Shown: positions 51,295-64,000 of the stretch, in pieces
How positions within the stretch are numbered: position 1 is the first letter of the stretch
How the letters are laid out: every line of letters starts with the position of its first letter
NCBI RefSeq assembly: GCF_001194135.2
Contig: NC_068990.1
Location: forward strand, 67,861,507 to 67,925,506
DNA from: Octopus bimaculoides
Taxonomy: Eukaryota
Direction: 5' to 3'
Length of the DNA: 64,000 bases
Made by a program: the position numbers and the translations under genes
Notes under the pieces: model-generated
Told to the model about the DNA's origin: nothing
The model's database searches: none
Seen by the model: the letters and a program-made list of their open reading frames with translations, nothing else

Positions 51295-52245
51295 TCACAA
51301 TTGCTTTATCAACTAAATTGTCAAAAGTATTATAAGTGTTTTGTTCTATCACAATAGGGTCATTATGCCAATAAGCACATGCAGTGGTTCTATTTCATTT
51401 TGCTGTAATTCATTTGTCAATTGGTAAGCAATTTAACTATATTAACTAAGCAATCAATCATTTGTCCAGTCTTAGAATCAGTTAGGCTTGTTAAAATCCT
51501 TTTGTTGCCATTTGCAACCTCATCAGTGATATTGATACACCATCTCTAGTTCAGGTTTAGTTGTCTTTTAGTTTGCAGGGTCTTTATTTATATTGTTACA
51601 TAGATATGAGTAAGACTGTATGAGAAGGAGAGGGAAAGAATGACCCTCCCAAGATACATCAAAATGTATTTCCAACACACAAATTCACACGAATCTTGTA
51701 AACCAAATACAAAAACTGCTTTAACAGCTAAATTGTCATTTCTATTAAATTCTGCTAAGCTACCATTTCTATTAACTATATTGTCAAATTTACCACAGTA
51801 ACTTCATATTGTACAATGTACAACATTTGCTATATCAACAAAGTTATTAGAACTACAACAATTGCTTTATCATAGCCTGGTGTAGCCATCTGGTTTCACC
51901 AGTCCTCAGTCAAATCGTCCAACACATGCTAGCATGGAAAGCGGACGTTAAACGACAATGATGGTGATGAAAGAAATCACTTGTGAAAAATATCACAATT
52001 GTTTCATTATTAAGTTGTAACATGTACTACAATTTCGTTATCAACTAATCTGTAAAAATAACCTTTTTTAATTGTTTTATCAACTAAATTGTCAAAAATA
52101 ACATAATTGCTTTATCAACTAAATTGTGAAATATGCTACAGCTGTTATTAACACCACAGTTGTTATATTGTCAAAAGTACCACCATTGCTTGTGAAAAAT
52201 ATCCCAATTGTTTTAGATCAACTAAATTTACAAAAGTACCATGTT
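51295..52245. repeat. Degenerate ~35-bp minisatellite interrupted by a family C repeat (~51877-51972)
   Basis: The unit cacaattgctttatcaactaaattgtcaaaagta recurs (e.g. near 51296, 52075, 52105, 52205). Confidence 0.7.
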
Positions 52246-53419
52246 GCACAACATGACTACCGCATAAACATGGATAATTTCAATAATTTGCAACGCTGAG
52301 CTCAAATCTTTTTCTTGAATGGAACTGATGATAGACTACGAAATAAAACAAAAGTTTCTTTCATTTGCTTTCTTCTAAGAATATTATGAATAAGTTCCAT
52401 AACATTGCAGAATTTTTAATAACAGCAGCAGATAAAAATGCAAATAAAAGAAATAAGGAAGATGAAGCCTGAGACTTCTCAATAGGAATAAAAGCATCTG
52501 ATGTGGTTTTGTTGGGTCATGCAGTATGATCTTAGTGTAATTCTGGTTCTTATAACAGCTTTTGATGAGATAAAAGATTGCTAACTGTAGCTGAGAATAA
52601 TGAGAATGTAAAACAGTAAGGGCTGCATCATCACCATCATCATCATAGTAGCACATTTAAGAAATGATAAACGAATAAATTAGAGATGTAAAAAATCAGA
52701 TTTTCCCCTTTTATTTTCAGTTGCTGCTGCCATCAACTTTAATATATTTCATGGTTTCTGAATGCTTTAAAGCGAATTATTAACATGGTTAAACTGTAAA
52801 TGATACAATCTCTAACAATGAAAATCAGGTCCGGAAATAGCATGGATTCAATATATTGATGTAGAGAAAATGATAAGATTTATAAATAAAAAACAACAAC
52901 AACATCAATACCAATAATCATATTCAAATTATAACTTAATGATGAAGAAAGGAAGCGTGTCTATAAAATGATTTCATCAAATGACGAACTTCAAAAGAGA
53001 AAATATGAAAAGGAAATCCTGGTCCTTTTGGTGTCCATGTCTACAGCTAATATGCTGATGTGTGAATATATTTGCATATATCCGCACTTCTGTGTATCTG
53101 AATGCATATATAATATGAATGTGAGAGTTTCATGTTTGTTTCATGTGAGATAGATGCATTTAGTGAGGATTGTGTGCATTTTAATAAAATTAAGTGTTTA
53201 AATGCATTTTAAGTGTTTCGATAAATATACATCTGATTTACAATGGCTTAATGCGATTGAATCTTTGTGGCTGAATGCTTCTGCAAATACATCTATCTAT
53301 CAACCTATCTACTAATACACTCAACCATCCATCTGTCCGTCCATCCATTCATCCATATGTCAGTCAATCAATCAATCAATCAATCCATATACAGGTATGT
53401 ATAAGGAGGGCAGAATTAT

Positions 53420-53808
53420 TACAGGTATGCATAAAGCTGGCAGAATTATTAGCATGCCAGGCAAAATGCTTAGTGGTATTTTGTCTGCCATTACGTTCTG
53501 AGTTCAAATTCTGCCGAGGTCAACTTTGCATTCCATCCTTTCGGGGTCGATCAAATAAGTACCAGTTACACACTGGGGTTGATGTAATCGACTTAATCCC
53601 TTTGTCTGTCCTTGTTTGTCCCCTCTATGTTTAGCCACTTGTAGACAATAAAGAAATGAATATATAGGCATGCATGGGTGGTTTAAATGTTTGCTTCCCA
53701 ACCATGTGGTCTCAGGTTCAGCACTTTGGGCAAATGCTTTTTTACTACAGCGCTGGGCCAAACAAAGCCTTGTAAGTGGATAGTATTGTTGGAAACTGAA
53801 AGAAGTCC

Positions 53809-53847
<39 letters not shown>

Positions 53848-53870
53848 ATGTTACCTTTGTTTTGACATGA
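53420..53870 (+). mobile_element. SINE family B followed by a SINE family A head
   Basis: Well-preserved family B body at 53420-53650; family A head and (GT)n at 53665-53870. Confidence 0.85.
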
Positions 53871-56800
53871 GCAGCTCCCCTATAGAAACAATGTTGCTTC
53901 CATGAATATTTTTCCATGCCTGGTCATAGAAAAATATTACTTTTCTAAGAAACAAGTGAGGAAGGGCATCTGACCAAAGAAAATCTACCTCAATAAATTC
54001 TGTCTGACCAATGCAAGCACAATACACACCGAACACACATACACATGCATATCTCCTACTAGCTAACATCAACTACCCACTTCCTTTCTGTATCACTGAT
54101 TACTATGCCCTCTCACTCTAATCTATTATCTGCAATCATTACGGGTTCATTGAAACAAACATTTGAATAACAATTAACTTTTATTGTATTTGAAACATAC
54201 CAAAAACACAGATACTATAAGAATTTTAATGTTCCCTTGGTCAAGTTGTATAATTCAGTAAGCCCCTCCCCCCTAGCATAGATACTCAATACTTTGTTGG
54301 TGTAGTTAATTGAATATAAAAATATATCAATCTTTATCAATAATCGGACCATATTTTAACTTAGTTGCATAATGCTGATAACTGGATGATTACTAGAATT
54401 CAACAGAAATACCTTCATGGTAAATTTTCCATAAATTCTACTATAGACTAATTTGTAGCCATTTTAGAGCATCACCAATTTTCTTGGATTCCAGATATTA
54501 ACCAGTTAAATGGCCAACCAAATCCAAGAAAATTTTGATAAATGCCAACAAGAATATCTAGCAATGTCAGTTTGGGACTATTTTGTTATATTTGAGACAG
54601 GAAGAAAGGCTGCATCCATGACCTTTGACAGGGCCTTCATGACAGGTGGGAGGAGGGAGGAGGATATCCTCAAACTTGTGACCTGGCTCAATGCTTCCAA
54701 TAACATGGATTCTACAGAGGCACACAAGCAACCAAGTGGTGGTGTTCAACCAGGTGATGTTTTACATTGACCACTCAAGAAGGTGATGGTAAGATTTCTA
54801 TTGAGAATGCAAAAAGATAGAACATAAACTGCAAGGTATCTGCTTCAGCATTCTTACTAATCTATCAAATCATCCTCTTGGATTGGCACCATTTTTATCA
54901 ACCCCCAAAAAGGTGAAATGTAAAATTGGCCTAGATGGGTTTTGAATTCAGAGCAAAGAGAGTTGGAACAAATACCATGAGGCATTCTGTCTGATGCCCT
55001 AGAAATGGATATCTATTACCTAGCTAATGTATCGACTCACCTCTTCAGTAAGACACCTGCTCTTCTCCCTCTATCATAATTTCATATACCTTAATACTAC
55101 CCCACCTTTCAGTTGAGGGGTCTTGGCTAGCAAGTACTTGGTGCAAAAGTTAATGTAATAGGAGGCAGACAAGGTAGTACACCACAGTATGGTGTGCCTC
55201 CCCGCATTAACCGGTGGTTGGATTGGTTTTGTTACCTCATCTGACCATCATTTGATCACCCAGTTGTCATTCTCAGGTTGTTGAATATCTCCAACTGAGT
55301 CCATGGTGCTTCTGAGTCAAAAGGTGAGGTCTTCAGCGGGGGAGATTCTCCTGTCAATCTGAAGGAGGATCATTTTCAAGCTATTCTAACCAGATTTGAA
55401 GTCTGTTTTTTTCCCCTCCACATAATTGGATAAGTCATTGATTGAGCTAATAATACAGATATATAAATTTATTAAATTTCTGGTATTAATGTGTTAAAAG
55501 TGAAAGTGTGCATGTGTCTGCCTGGATGTGCATGTGTGTTGTGTGAAAGTGTGTTTAGAAAGAACTGAGAAGTTGAAAATATGATAGAGAGGAAATAACC
55601 AAGATATTATTTACGCAAAAAAAAAAAAAAATGGAAGACTAAATATGGTAAAGGCAACGTTGACATATTAAGAAAAACAGAAATATATAAGAAAGAGAAA
55701 GAGAGAGAAGTGAAAGAAAGAAGAGAGGAATGTTGCTCTATCTGACAAATATAAAAAAAATTTGCTCTTTCGATTGCCTCTAGCCAGGAACTATTTTCAG
55801 AAATTAATAAGAACTGAAAAAATTACTTTGCATCAATGAGTTTTGGGTTAAATATTTCTGTTGAGATCTTAGATACTCTCAATAGTTAATTCTACATGAA
55901 CGAACTGACAAATAATTGCAGGAAGATATAATTGGAAATCTAAAAGAAACCAAAGACAAAAAAAAACTTTTTGTTTTTAGTTTCATATCTATTTTTCAAG
56001 TTAGATTAAATGGGGTAAACTTTTAAATGCACACACACACACANNNNNNNNNNNNNNNNNNNNNNNNNNNNNNNNNNNNNNNNNNNNNNNNNNNNNNNNN
56101 NNNNNNNNNNNTATATATATATATATATATATTCATATTCACACATATAGATCATTCCTTTCCTAGTGCCCTCTCTTGTCTACCACCATGCTCACACTCT
56201 AACTACCCCTCACGTATCTCTACATCTTCCTCCCCACTGCACCTATGTGCTGCTCATCTCTTTCTCCCTGAATTATCATCCCCGAGCCAGTCGTATCTCA
56301 CTCTTCTTATACCCTGCCATAATGATATTTTCCATCAAGCCACACCTCTGCTCTTATTCATGACTCACTTCATTCACCTCCACCCACATAGTCAATCATC
56401 TGTTACTATCCCCACCTGATTTACTACCTGTATCATCTCTTGCATCTTGAGAGTGTTGCTCCAGCACCCCATCAATACCACTTTACCTTTCTCTGAGATA
56501 CTCCCATCAACCCTTATATAAATGTAGGATAGCCATGTATCTTTTCTATAGTAAGACACACCCACTTGTCCTTAGCATGAACTCTCCTCACCACCCTGTC
56601 AAATACTTCCCTTTCAGACATTTTTCCTTTTCTTGTCCTTTCCTGTCTTTCAAGTAACTTGGTAACCCCAATAACACTGGCGACATGGAAAATAGCACCC
56701 AGTATACATTGTAAAGTGACTTGCATTAGAAAGGGCATCCAGCCATAGAGACGATGCCGAAGCTGACATGGTGTACAATGTGGTCCTGTGGCTCACCAAA

Positions 56801-56879
56801 ATCATATCAAACCATCAGACTTATACCAGCATAGAAAACAAACATCCAATGATGAATATGATTATATATGTGTCAACAT

Positions 56880-57125
56880 TAAATGACAAGACCAATGCAC
56901 CAGCAATGAAGTCCTCAAACACTCAGAAATGCCAAGCACTGAAGCTGCCATATCTAAGCATTGCCTCAGATGGCCAGAACATGTCATCCAAACGGCCCCT
57001 TCAAGACTCTCACAGACCATCCTCTACAGTAAGCTCACCAATGTTAAATCACATTGAGGAGCTCCAAAACACAGATTCAAAGACCAACTGAAGTCCTACC
57101 TGCTTCAAGACAGAATCATCCCAAA
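56880..57125 (+). mobile_element. RTE (BovB-like) LINE fragment
   Basis: Translation IK*QDQCTSNEVLKHSEMPSTEAAISKHCLRWPEHV...SRLSQTILYSKL...GAPKHRFKDQLKS matches the RTE IKWQD..NxEVL..LRWxGHV..PKxRFKD region. Confidence 0.88.
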
Positions 57126-57723
57126 CAAATATGCACACACACACACACACACACATGTATATACATACACATATGAACACATAATAACCACCCAGTCACA
57201 CACATATATATAGGTGCAGGCATGGTTGTGTGGTTAACGAGTTTGTTTGTTTATCAACCCATGTGGTTTTGTGTTCCCTCTTACAGCATGGCACTTTAGA
57301 AAAGTGTTTTCTACCATAATCCTGGATAAAGTAAGGCATTTTGAGTAGATTTGAGAAGAGGAAACTAAGTGGAAACCTGGCATATAGTCGTCTGTGAGTG
57401 CATATATATCCTCATGAGTATTTGAGCGCATGTAAAGTGTGTTTACAATTGCACTTCTCCCAAAATTACTGATTGGTAACCTAATTGTCATTTTCCTTAT
57501 TAACAAAATATCTGCTGACTTTGCTCTTTTGAAGATGTAAAATATAAGAGGTTTCTTACTGTAAAAGCAGTTTAGGCTTAGTGACAGGAAGGGTAACCAG
57601 CTGTAAAATGATGACTCAGTAATATATTCATCTGACCCATGCTTGTAGGTAAAAGCAGACACAAACCAAGTGATATATATATAATTCGACACCTGCTTTT
57701 CTACACTAGTATGGCTTAGATAA

Positions 57724-57775
<52 letters not shown>

Positions 57776-57988
57776 GCACACATACACGTGTTTGTGCATG
57801 GAAGAAATATTGTTTCAAGTTTGTTTCTCTACCTAATTTTTAATTTAAGAAGGTGAAACTTATGGTACCTCACTCTAGCACACTGAAATACCACTCTAAA
57901 TTCAATCTCTTATTTAACCCTTTAGGTATAAAAGACACCAATAAGCAATTTGATGTAAATCTACTGAGAGATAGAAGCTATCCACAAG

Positions 57989-59055
57989 TATTGGGTCATC
58001 CTATAATAATGTTTTTTTTTTAATATTTATTTTATTTTTCAAAATTATGATACACAAAGATCTTTTTTAATCTAAAATATATTCTCCTTCATTTTCTACA
58101 ATGCTCTTCCATCTATCTGGTAGACCTGCAAGGCCCCTCTTCCAAAATTCACTTTCCGTAATGAAAAATACTCCTCCAGTACTCTTCTGACCACATCTAC
58201 AGAATTCATATTTTTTTTATCCAAATGATTTTGAAGACTGCAGAATAAATGATAATCAGATGGGGCAATGTCCAGCAAATATGGTAGGTAGGGCATTATT
58301 TCCCATTCAAATTGCTCCAGCTTTTGTAATATCATCCCCACTGTATGTGATCAGGCATTATCCTGATGGAAGAACGCCTTTCATCTTGAAACCAAAGATG
58401 GTTGCTTTTCTTCTAGCACTGACTTATGCTACTCAAGTGGCTCACAGTAGATCTCCTTTGTTATCATTTGGTTTGGGTTTAAAAGTGGACTAAACATTTC
58501 ATATCCTACCAAACAGACAACAACACCTTACATAGGTTAAGACCTTCTTTAGCAAGGATGCTGGTATTTCTACTTTCCCTATCCACTGACGCTTCGTATA
58601 TTTATAGGGAACCCATTTCTTATCACCAGTCACTATTCAGTCCAAAAATAGTTCATTCATGAGACGTGACAGCAAAGAAGAGCACACATTCACTCTCTAC
58701 ATGTGATTAAACTCAGAAAGTTTGTGAGGAATCCACTGACCGAATTTGTTGATTTTTCTGATGGCATGCAGGTGTCGATGAATGGTTGAATGACCAAATC
58801 CAAGTTTTTCTGCTAGTTCCTCAACAGTAATGATGGCATTTTGTTCCACCAGGGTTTGCAGGACGTCCTTGCTGAGCTCTACAGATCTTCCAGGACATGA
58901 CTTGTCTTCTAGGCTGTCGTTTCCAGCTTGGAATTTCTGGAACTGCTGTTGACACTGGCATATGCTTATTGTCCAATCCCCATATACAGCAGTAATATTC
59001 CTCACACTTTCCATTGCATTGCTGTCTTTATTGAACTCATAAAGCAAAATATGTG
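57989..59055 (-). mobile_element. Mariner transposon (DD34D), disabled and 5'-truncated by a family C repeat
   Basis: TA-TTGGGTCATCC TIR at 57989. Minus translation: LLYEFNKDSNAMESVRNI...FQAGNDSLEDKSCPGRSVE...GQWIPHKLSE; FLD*IVTGDKKWV; DIAPSDYHLFCSLQNHL. Confidence 0.92.
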
Positions 59056-59469
59056 TTAGGAAGGGCATCCAGCTGTAAAAATCCTGCCAAAACAGGCACA
59101 GAAGTCTGTGCAGGCTTCTGTCTGGCTGACTCTTGTGAAACCATCTCACCCATTCTAGCAATGAAGGCAGATGTTAAACGATGATGATGATGGTGAGATA
59201 TATATATATATATAAATATATAACTTTATAAATAAAAGGGTAAAAATTATTAAATAAATTTTTATCAGTGGCTAGCATGTGTAATAAGAGTCAGAAGATA
59301 AATATTCCTAAATATAATGGTGTATGAAACATACTGCTACTTTTAGCATATAAGAAATCCATGTAGTGGTTTTCTCTCGTATGTTTCATACACTATTATA
59401 NNNNNNNNNNNNNNNNNNNNNNNNNNNNNNNNNNNNNNNNNATATATATATATATATATAGAGTAACTT

Positions 59470-59890
59470 TACATTAAGGAATGGAATGTAGTTTCCTATA
59501 AGTCAGACTGCCTCGTGGTCCCAGCAGACAAAATGGAAAATGCATTGTCTCAGAGAATGGCAAGGGAGAGGCACTGGAACAGCCACTCTGACACATGAGT
59601 CTTGTACTTGCTGACAGCCATCTCCGTCCCAATAACAGTGAGCAGGTATATGGTCTGGGGCCAAGGATGGAAGTCACTGCGACAGGCTTGACCGTAAGCC
59701 TGTTAGAAAGCAACCAATATCTTGACAGTTTGCTTTTCTCAGCAGAGCATGGGCTGGTAGATGAACACACCAAGTTACTGCTGGAGAAAGTATTACAGTA
59801 TGTGGTATCCTAGATGAGCGGTCTGCCACCATGGAATGAGTGAACCTCTCAACATCTGGCATAAAGCCACCTCCCTCAATACCATACCTT
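59470..59890 (-). mobile_element. CRE-clade non-LTR retrotransposon, 3' (RLE domain) fragment
   Basis: Minus translation across frameshifts: PD...GRPLI*DTTYCNTFSSSNL...AEKSKLSRY..L...PVAV...GP; WLFQCLSLAIL*DNAFSIL...* (stop at 59496-59498). This resembles the CRE WDxTC..T..; AExxKxxKY; QRLSxAxQRGNA pattern. Confidence 0.75.
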
Positions 59891-61239
59891 CCTCAGTTCA
59901 GGGGTCTTGTCTTACAAGTTACTTGATGATCCCACTGATGCTGGTGCTAAGAAAACAGCAGCCAGTGAGCTCAGTCAAGTGGTTGGTATTAGGAAGGGCA
60001 TCCAACTAAAGAAACCATCCCAAAGCAGACACCGAAGCTTGGCATACTCTGTAGATCATCAGTTTCTGTCAAACCAGTCAATCCATGCTAACATGAACAA
60101 TGGACATTAAAAATTGATGATGATTTTCTTTAACTTTTTCAACTAAACAGTGTTTAAGAAAACCCAAATAACAATAACAAAGTTTGAAATCATTAATGGT
60201 GATTAGCATTCAAATGCTTTGTCTTCAATATGGCTCTGATTCCCTGCTACAGAACATTTGTTGCTTGAAAATATCTATTTTCCATCAGCCTTTTTCACAC
60301 AAGGATATTCTTATTTATCATTAGCTTCCCCCCCCCCCCTTTCAAAATATCTTCTAAATTCATTAATTCAATATCACATGAAAAAAAAAAATGGAGCTTT
60401 ATTGTAAAGCCAAAAAACAAAATAAAACAAAATCTAATTACAGAAGTTTTGGGAATAATTATGTATATTGCATTTGTAACTGACTAAACTAATTTTTATT
60501 CTAAGAAATTAGATAAGGCTTAGTAATGAAAGAAAATGGTAGGAGACAGGACAAATACAATATTACATAACCATAAATTTGTAAAGAGTAGGCATAAAGT
60601 AGATGGCCCTGATAATGTTTTTACTATTATGATTATTATTGCATAATCTGAAAGTGTAAGTTAATAGACACCAGACTCTATGCTGTGTGCGTGTGTACAC
60701 ACACACACACACACACACACGTGCATGTGTGCATGTTCATGTATGTGTGTTGCTGGTATTATTTTTCAGCAAATAACATAACTTAATTTTCTTGTCTAAG
60801 AAATCATTTTTATCATTATGATCGCAACATGCTGACTAATATTTTTATTTAATACAACCCTCACCACTCCATGAATATACTGAGAAGGATGATGATAAAT
60901 GTGGATATGATGTAAATATTTAATGATAAAACTTTATACTTATTACTCAAACTGAGCAGCTAAGAGATATAGGTCATTATGAAAATGATAATTATTTCTT
61001 TTGATTAGGTCAAAACATTGTTTTTTATGCAATAACAAAATATATGTCACTGGTACTCTGTCACCATCATTTAGTGTCCATTTTCCATGCTGGCATGGGT
61101 TGAAGGGCTTGACATGATCTAGCAAGTCACAGGGCTGCAACAAACCCCTGTATCAGCTTTGGCATGGTTTATATGACTGACTGCCCTTTCTAATGCCAAC
61201 CACTTAACAGTATGTATTTGATGCGTCCTTCATCACCAC

Positions 61240-61641
61240 TTGACAACTCATATTGGTGCGTTTTGTTCCTGTAACCTACTGGTTTGGCAAAAGAGCCTGA
61301 TAGAATAAGTACCAGGCTTTAAAAAATAAGTACTGGGGTCAATTCACCTGACTAAAAAATTTTCAAGGTTGTGCCCCAGCTTGGCCACAGTCTAATGACT
61401 GCAACAGGCAAAAGATAAAAGATACATACATAAATAAATACATATATACATACACACATACATATATATATACATACACATATATATATAATAATATAAA
61501 TATATAGATATATGCATATATCCATACATATATGTACATACCTACATCCATATGTATACATACATGCATATATGGGTACAGGACATCAAAAAAATGTTAA
61601 ACACAATGAGAAACGAAAAACGAAAACATAAAAACGTAAAA

Positions 61642-61676
<35 letters not shown>
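61240..61676 (+). mobile_element. SINE family A 3' tail followed by a (TACA)/(TA) microsatellite running into a gap
   Basis: ggcaaaagag.c.gatagaataagtaccagg...gccacagtctaatgactg...aaaagataaaaga. Confidence 0.8.
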
Positions 61677-62963
61677 NNNNNNNNNNNNNNNNNNNNNNNN
61701 NNNNNNNNNNNNNNNNNNNNNNNNNNNNNNNNNNNNNNNNNNNNNNNNNNNNNNNNNNNNNNNNNNNNNNNNNNNNNNNNNNNNNNNNNNNNNNNNNNNN
61801 NNNNNNNNNNNNNNNNNNNNNNNNNNNNNNNNNNNNNNNNNNNNNNNNNNNNNNNNNNNNNNNNNNNNNNNNNNNNNNNNNNNNNNNNNNNNNNNNNNNN
61901 NNNNNNNNNNNNNNNNNNNNNNNNNNNNNNNNNNNNNNNNNNNNNNNNNNNNNNNNNNNNNNNNNNNNNNNNNNNNNNNNNNNNNNNNNNNNNNNNNNNN
62001 NNNNNNNNNNNNNNNNNNNNNNNNNNNNNNNNNNNNNNNNNNNNNNNNNNNNNNNNNNNNNNNNNNNNNNNNTTCCTTGCATCCTAATCTATCTAACAAT
62101 TATGTACATGGATTACCATTGAACTTTAAAAACTCAAAGACAATATAATGTATTGGTATATTTATTTTTTTATATATTTTTTATATTTTTGTAAAAAACA
62201 TTATTTTCATTTCCCCTCTTCTTGAAAATCTGCCATACAATGAAAGCCGGTTAGAAATCCTTTTTAATCCTCCTTATGCACATCTATATTAAAATATGCT
62301 TTCAGCTTAGCATTCTGCCTTACTATTATTTCTCCGTGTGCGGTTAACACAACTCCACCATTTACTGACTTATATATATTACAGTTTCCATCTACTAAAT
62401 TCATTCACAAGGAATTTCTTCCACACAGCCATACATATCTCAAAGTGAGTTTGTTTTTTAATCTTATATTTAGAAGGAAAGTATAATACTCAGAACCCTT
62501 TACAGTACTTCCATGACTTGTGAGAAGGAAGAAAGAACATATCTTTATACCAGAGACCTGGCCTAACAGAGAGGAATCTGCTCAGAGACCCAAGTTGGAG
62601 GTCATAAAACTGATTATCAGTTTTTTTGACTGAGTGAAGGCTTGTCAATTAGTAAGATAGCTTTATTTATTATTGTTATACTTGGGGATGAGCATATTTT
62701 GCCAATTAAACACATGCACTATATAACTGGTCTTCCCTTCAGCTTTATTACTAATATCTTAGTTTCTATGCCAAAGCTCTTTCATCACATATTCTATAAC
62801 CTCTTCAGCAAATTTCAATCCCACATGTCTGAAGAGGTCACAGAATGTGTGACAAAAGAGATTTGACAAAGTAACTAAAATAATAATAATAATAAAGCTG
62901 TAGTGAAGACCAAATATATAGTGCATGTGTTTAACTGGCAAAATATGACCAAACCCAAGTATA

Positions 62964-63329
62964 AACAAGAGCACTCAGAGAGCACAAACCTCTGCCAAGG
63001 CAACACCAACATCCTCTCAATGATTAGCCAGAGATGATTTTTAAAATGAGAATATCTGAAATAAACTGACTGCTCTCACAAACAAGAATACTAAAAATGA
63101 ACCCAACCACTCTCAAAAATTAAGTAAGAAAAATGGAAAAATAATCCAGAATCCTTGCCTGGTACCGAATCAATCCCAAACTCTAATCAGTTTGTGCCAA
63201 TCACAAGGCCAAACATCCCTGAAAGCTTCATCTGAATCCATCCAACGGTTCTTGCGTTATCTTGTCCACATACAAACAAACAAACACAACTGAAAAACAA
63301 TACCTCTGCCTTCTCTAAGACAGGGGTAA
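62964..63329 (+). mobile_element. HINE-like element, full length
   Basis: 5' end aacaagagcactcagagagcacaaacctctgccaagg; 3' end (AAAC)n..aaaacaatacctctgccttctctaagacaggggtaa. The subterminal cctctgcc motif and terminal hairpin are Helentron-like. Confidence 0.7.
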
Positions 63330-63599
63330 AAATATCTGTTTTAATACATGATTTTGCATCAAGAAGCTTGTGAAATGAATACAATGTAACTTTAATTGTT
63401 AATTCAATCTAAAATGTTTGCATAATAAGTGGTCTGTCTTAGATGTGTAGGCTATGTTCCATTATGGGTTGCATAGGTAACTGAAGATGAAGGGCATAAG
63501 GGCACAAGGCTAAGTTAGCTTTGGCAGCATTTGAAATTGAAACTGTGAGTTACTGAATTTGTTGTGGTCTTGTTATGCCTAATTGAACTGAAGAAGTGG

Positions 63600-63765
63600 G
63601 TGGAGAAGAAGTTAGGAGGCAGAGACGGAGCAGGAGACAGAGATGACGGAGGAGAAGTAAAAGTAGATGTAGACGATGTTGATAAAGATAATAATGATGA
63701 TGACAACAATGATAATGGTAATGATGATGACAATGAAGAGGAGGAGGGGATAATTGATTATGATA
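63600..63765. repeat. Low-complexity GAT/AAT/GAG trinucleotide tract
   Basis: Directly visible; it explains the D/N-rich ORF 63564..63848. Confidence 0.85.
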
Positions 63766-64000
63766 AAAGCAATTTTTGTTTGTTTTTGTCGTTTTCTTTT
63801 TATGTCTGGACCAAACAAACACAAGTCTATAAAGTTATTTTTTTCTAAAAAAAAATACAAAACAAAATAAAGAAATACAAGTAAAATGAATTGATATCAG
63901 AAAAATTAATGCTAACTTGTGTTCTGGCTGAACTTCCTATATAGAAACATAGTAGTATTTGTTTTTTGTTATTTGTGTGGTGAATGAGAGAAAAGTGGTA

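Noticed and set aside
52721-52830. Strong plus-strand acceptor ttttattttcag|TTGCTG
   Set aside because: All frames close within ~20 codons and no partner exon was found.
54510-54800. 86-aa ORF with open antisense frames
   Set aside because: No recognisable domain or splice signals; probably a decayed retroelement, but I cannot assign it.

Overview
This is AT-rich, repeat-dense eukaryotic DNA with 8 assembly gaps and abundant (TA)n, (CA)n and trinucleotide microsatellites. I find no intact protein-coding gene, rRNA, tRNA gene or CRISPR array. The tRNA-headed SINE families match those I associate with Octopus/coleoid cephalopod genomes; that assignment is an inference, not a database result. 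The window reads as a large intron or intergenic region. It contains decayed transposons: an internally deleted piggyBac with TTAA TSDs plus a related MITE, two mariners, a full-length but disabled Tc1 (DD34E), and fragments of R4/Dong-like, CRE-like and RTE non-LTR elements. It also holds Helentron-type non-autonomous elements, a hAT-type MITE, a long-TIR MITE, a 220-bp foldback and dozens of SINE copies from about 4 families. Possible host-gene traces are a 12-nt microexon and a phase-compatible 78-nt exon on the minus strand, plus a few weaker candidates. Most ORFs in the supplied track are microsatellite, gap or TE artefacts. I cannot support a new multi-gene system here. The best leads are the candidate microexons, the CRE-clade fragment, SINE-seeded microsatellites and potential dsRNA/ADAR substrates.
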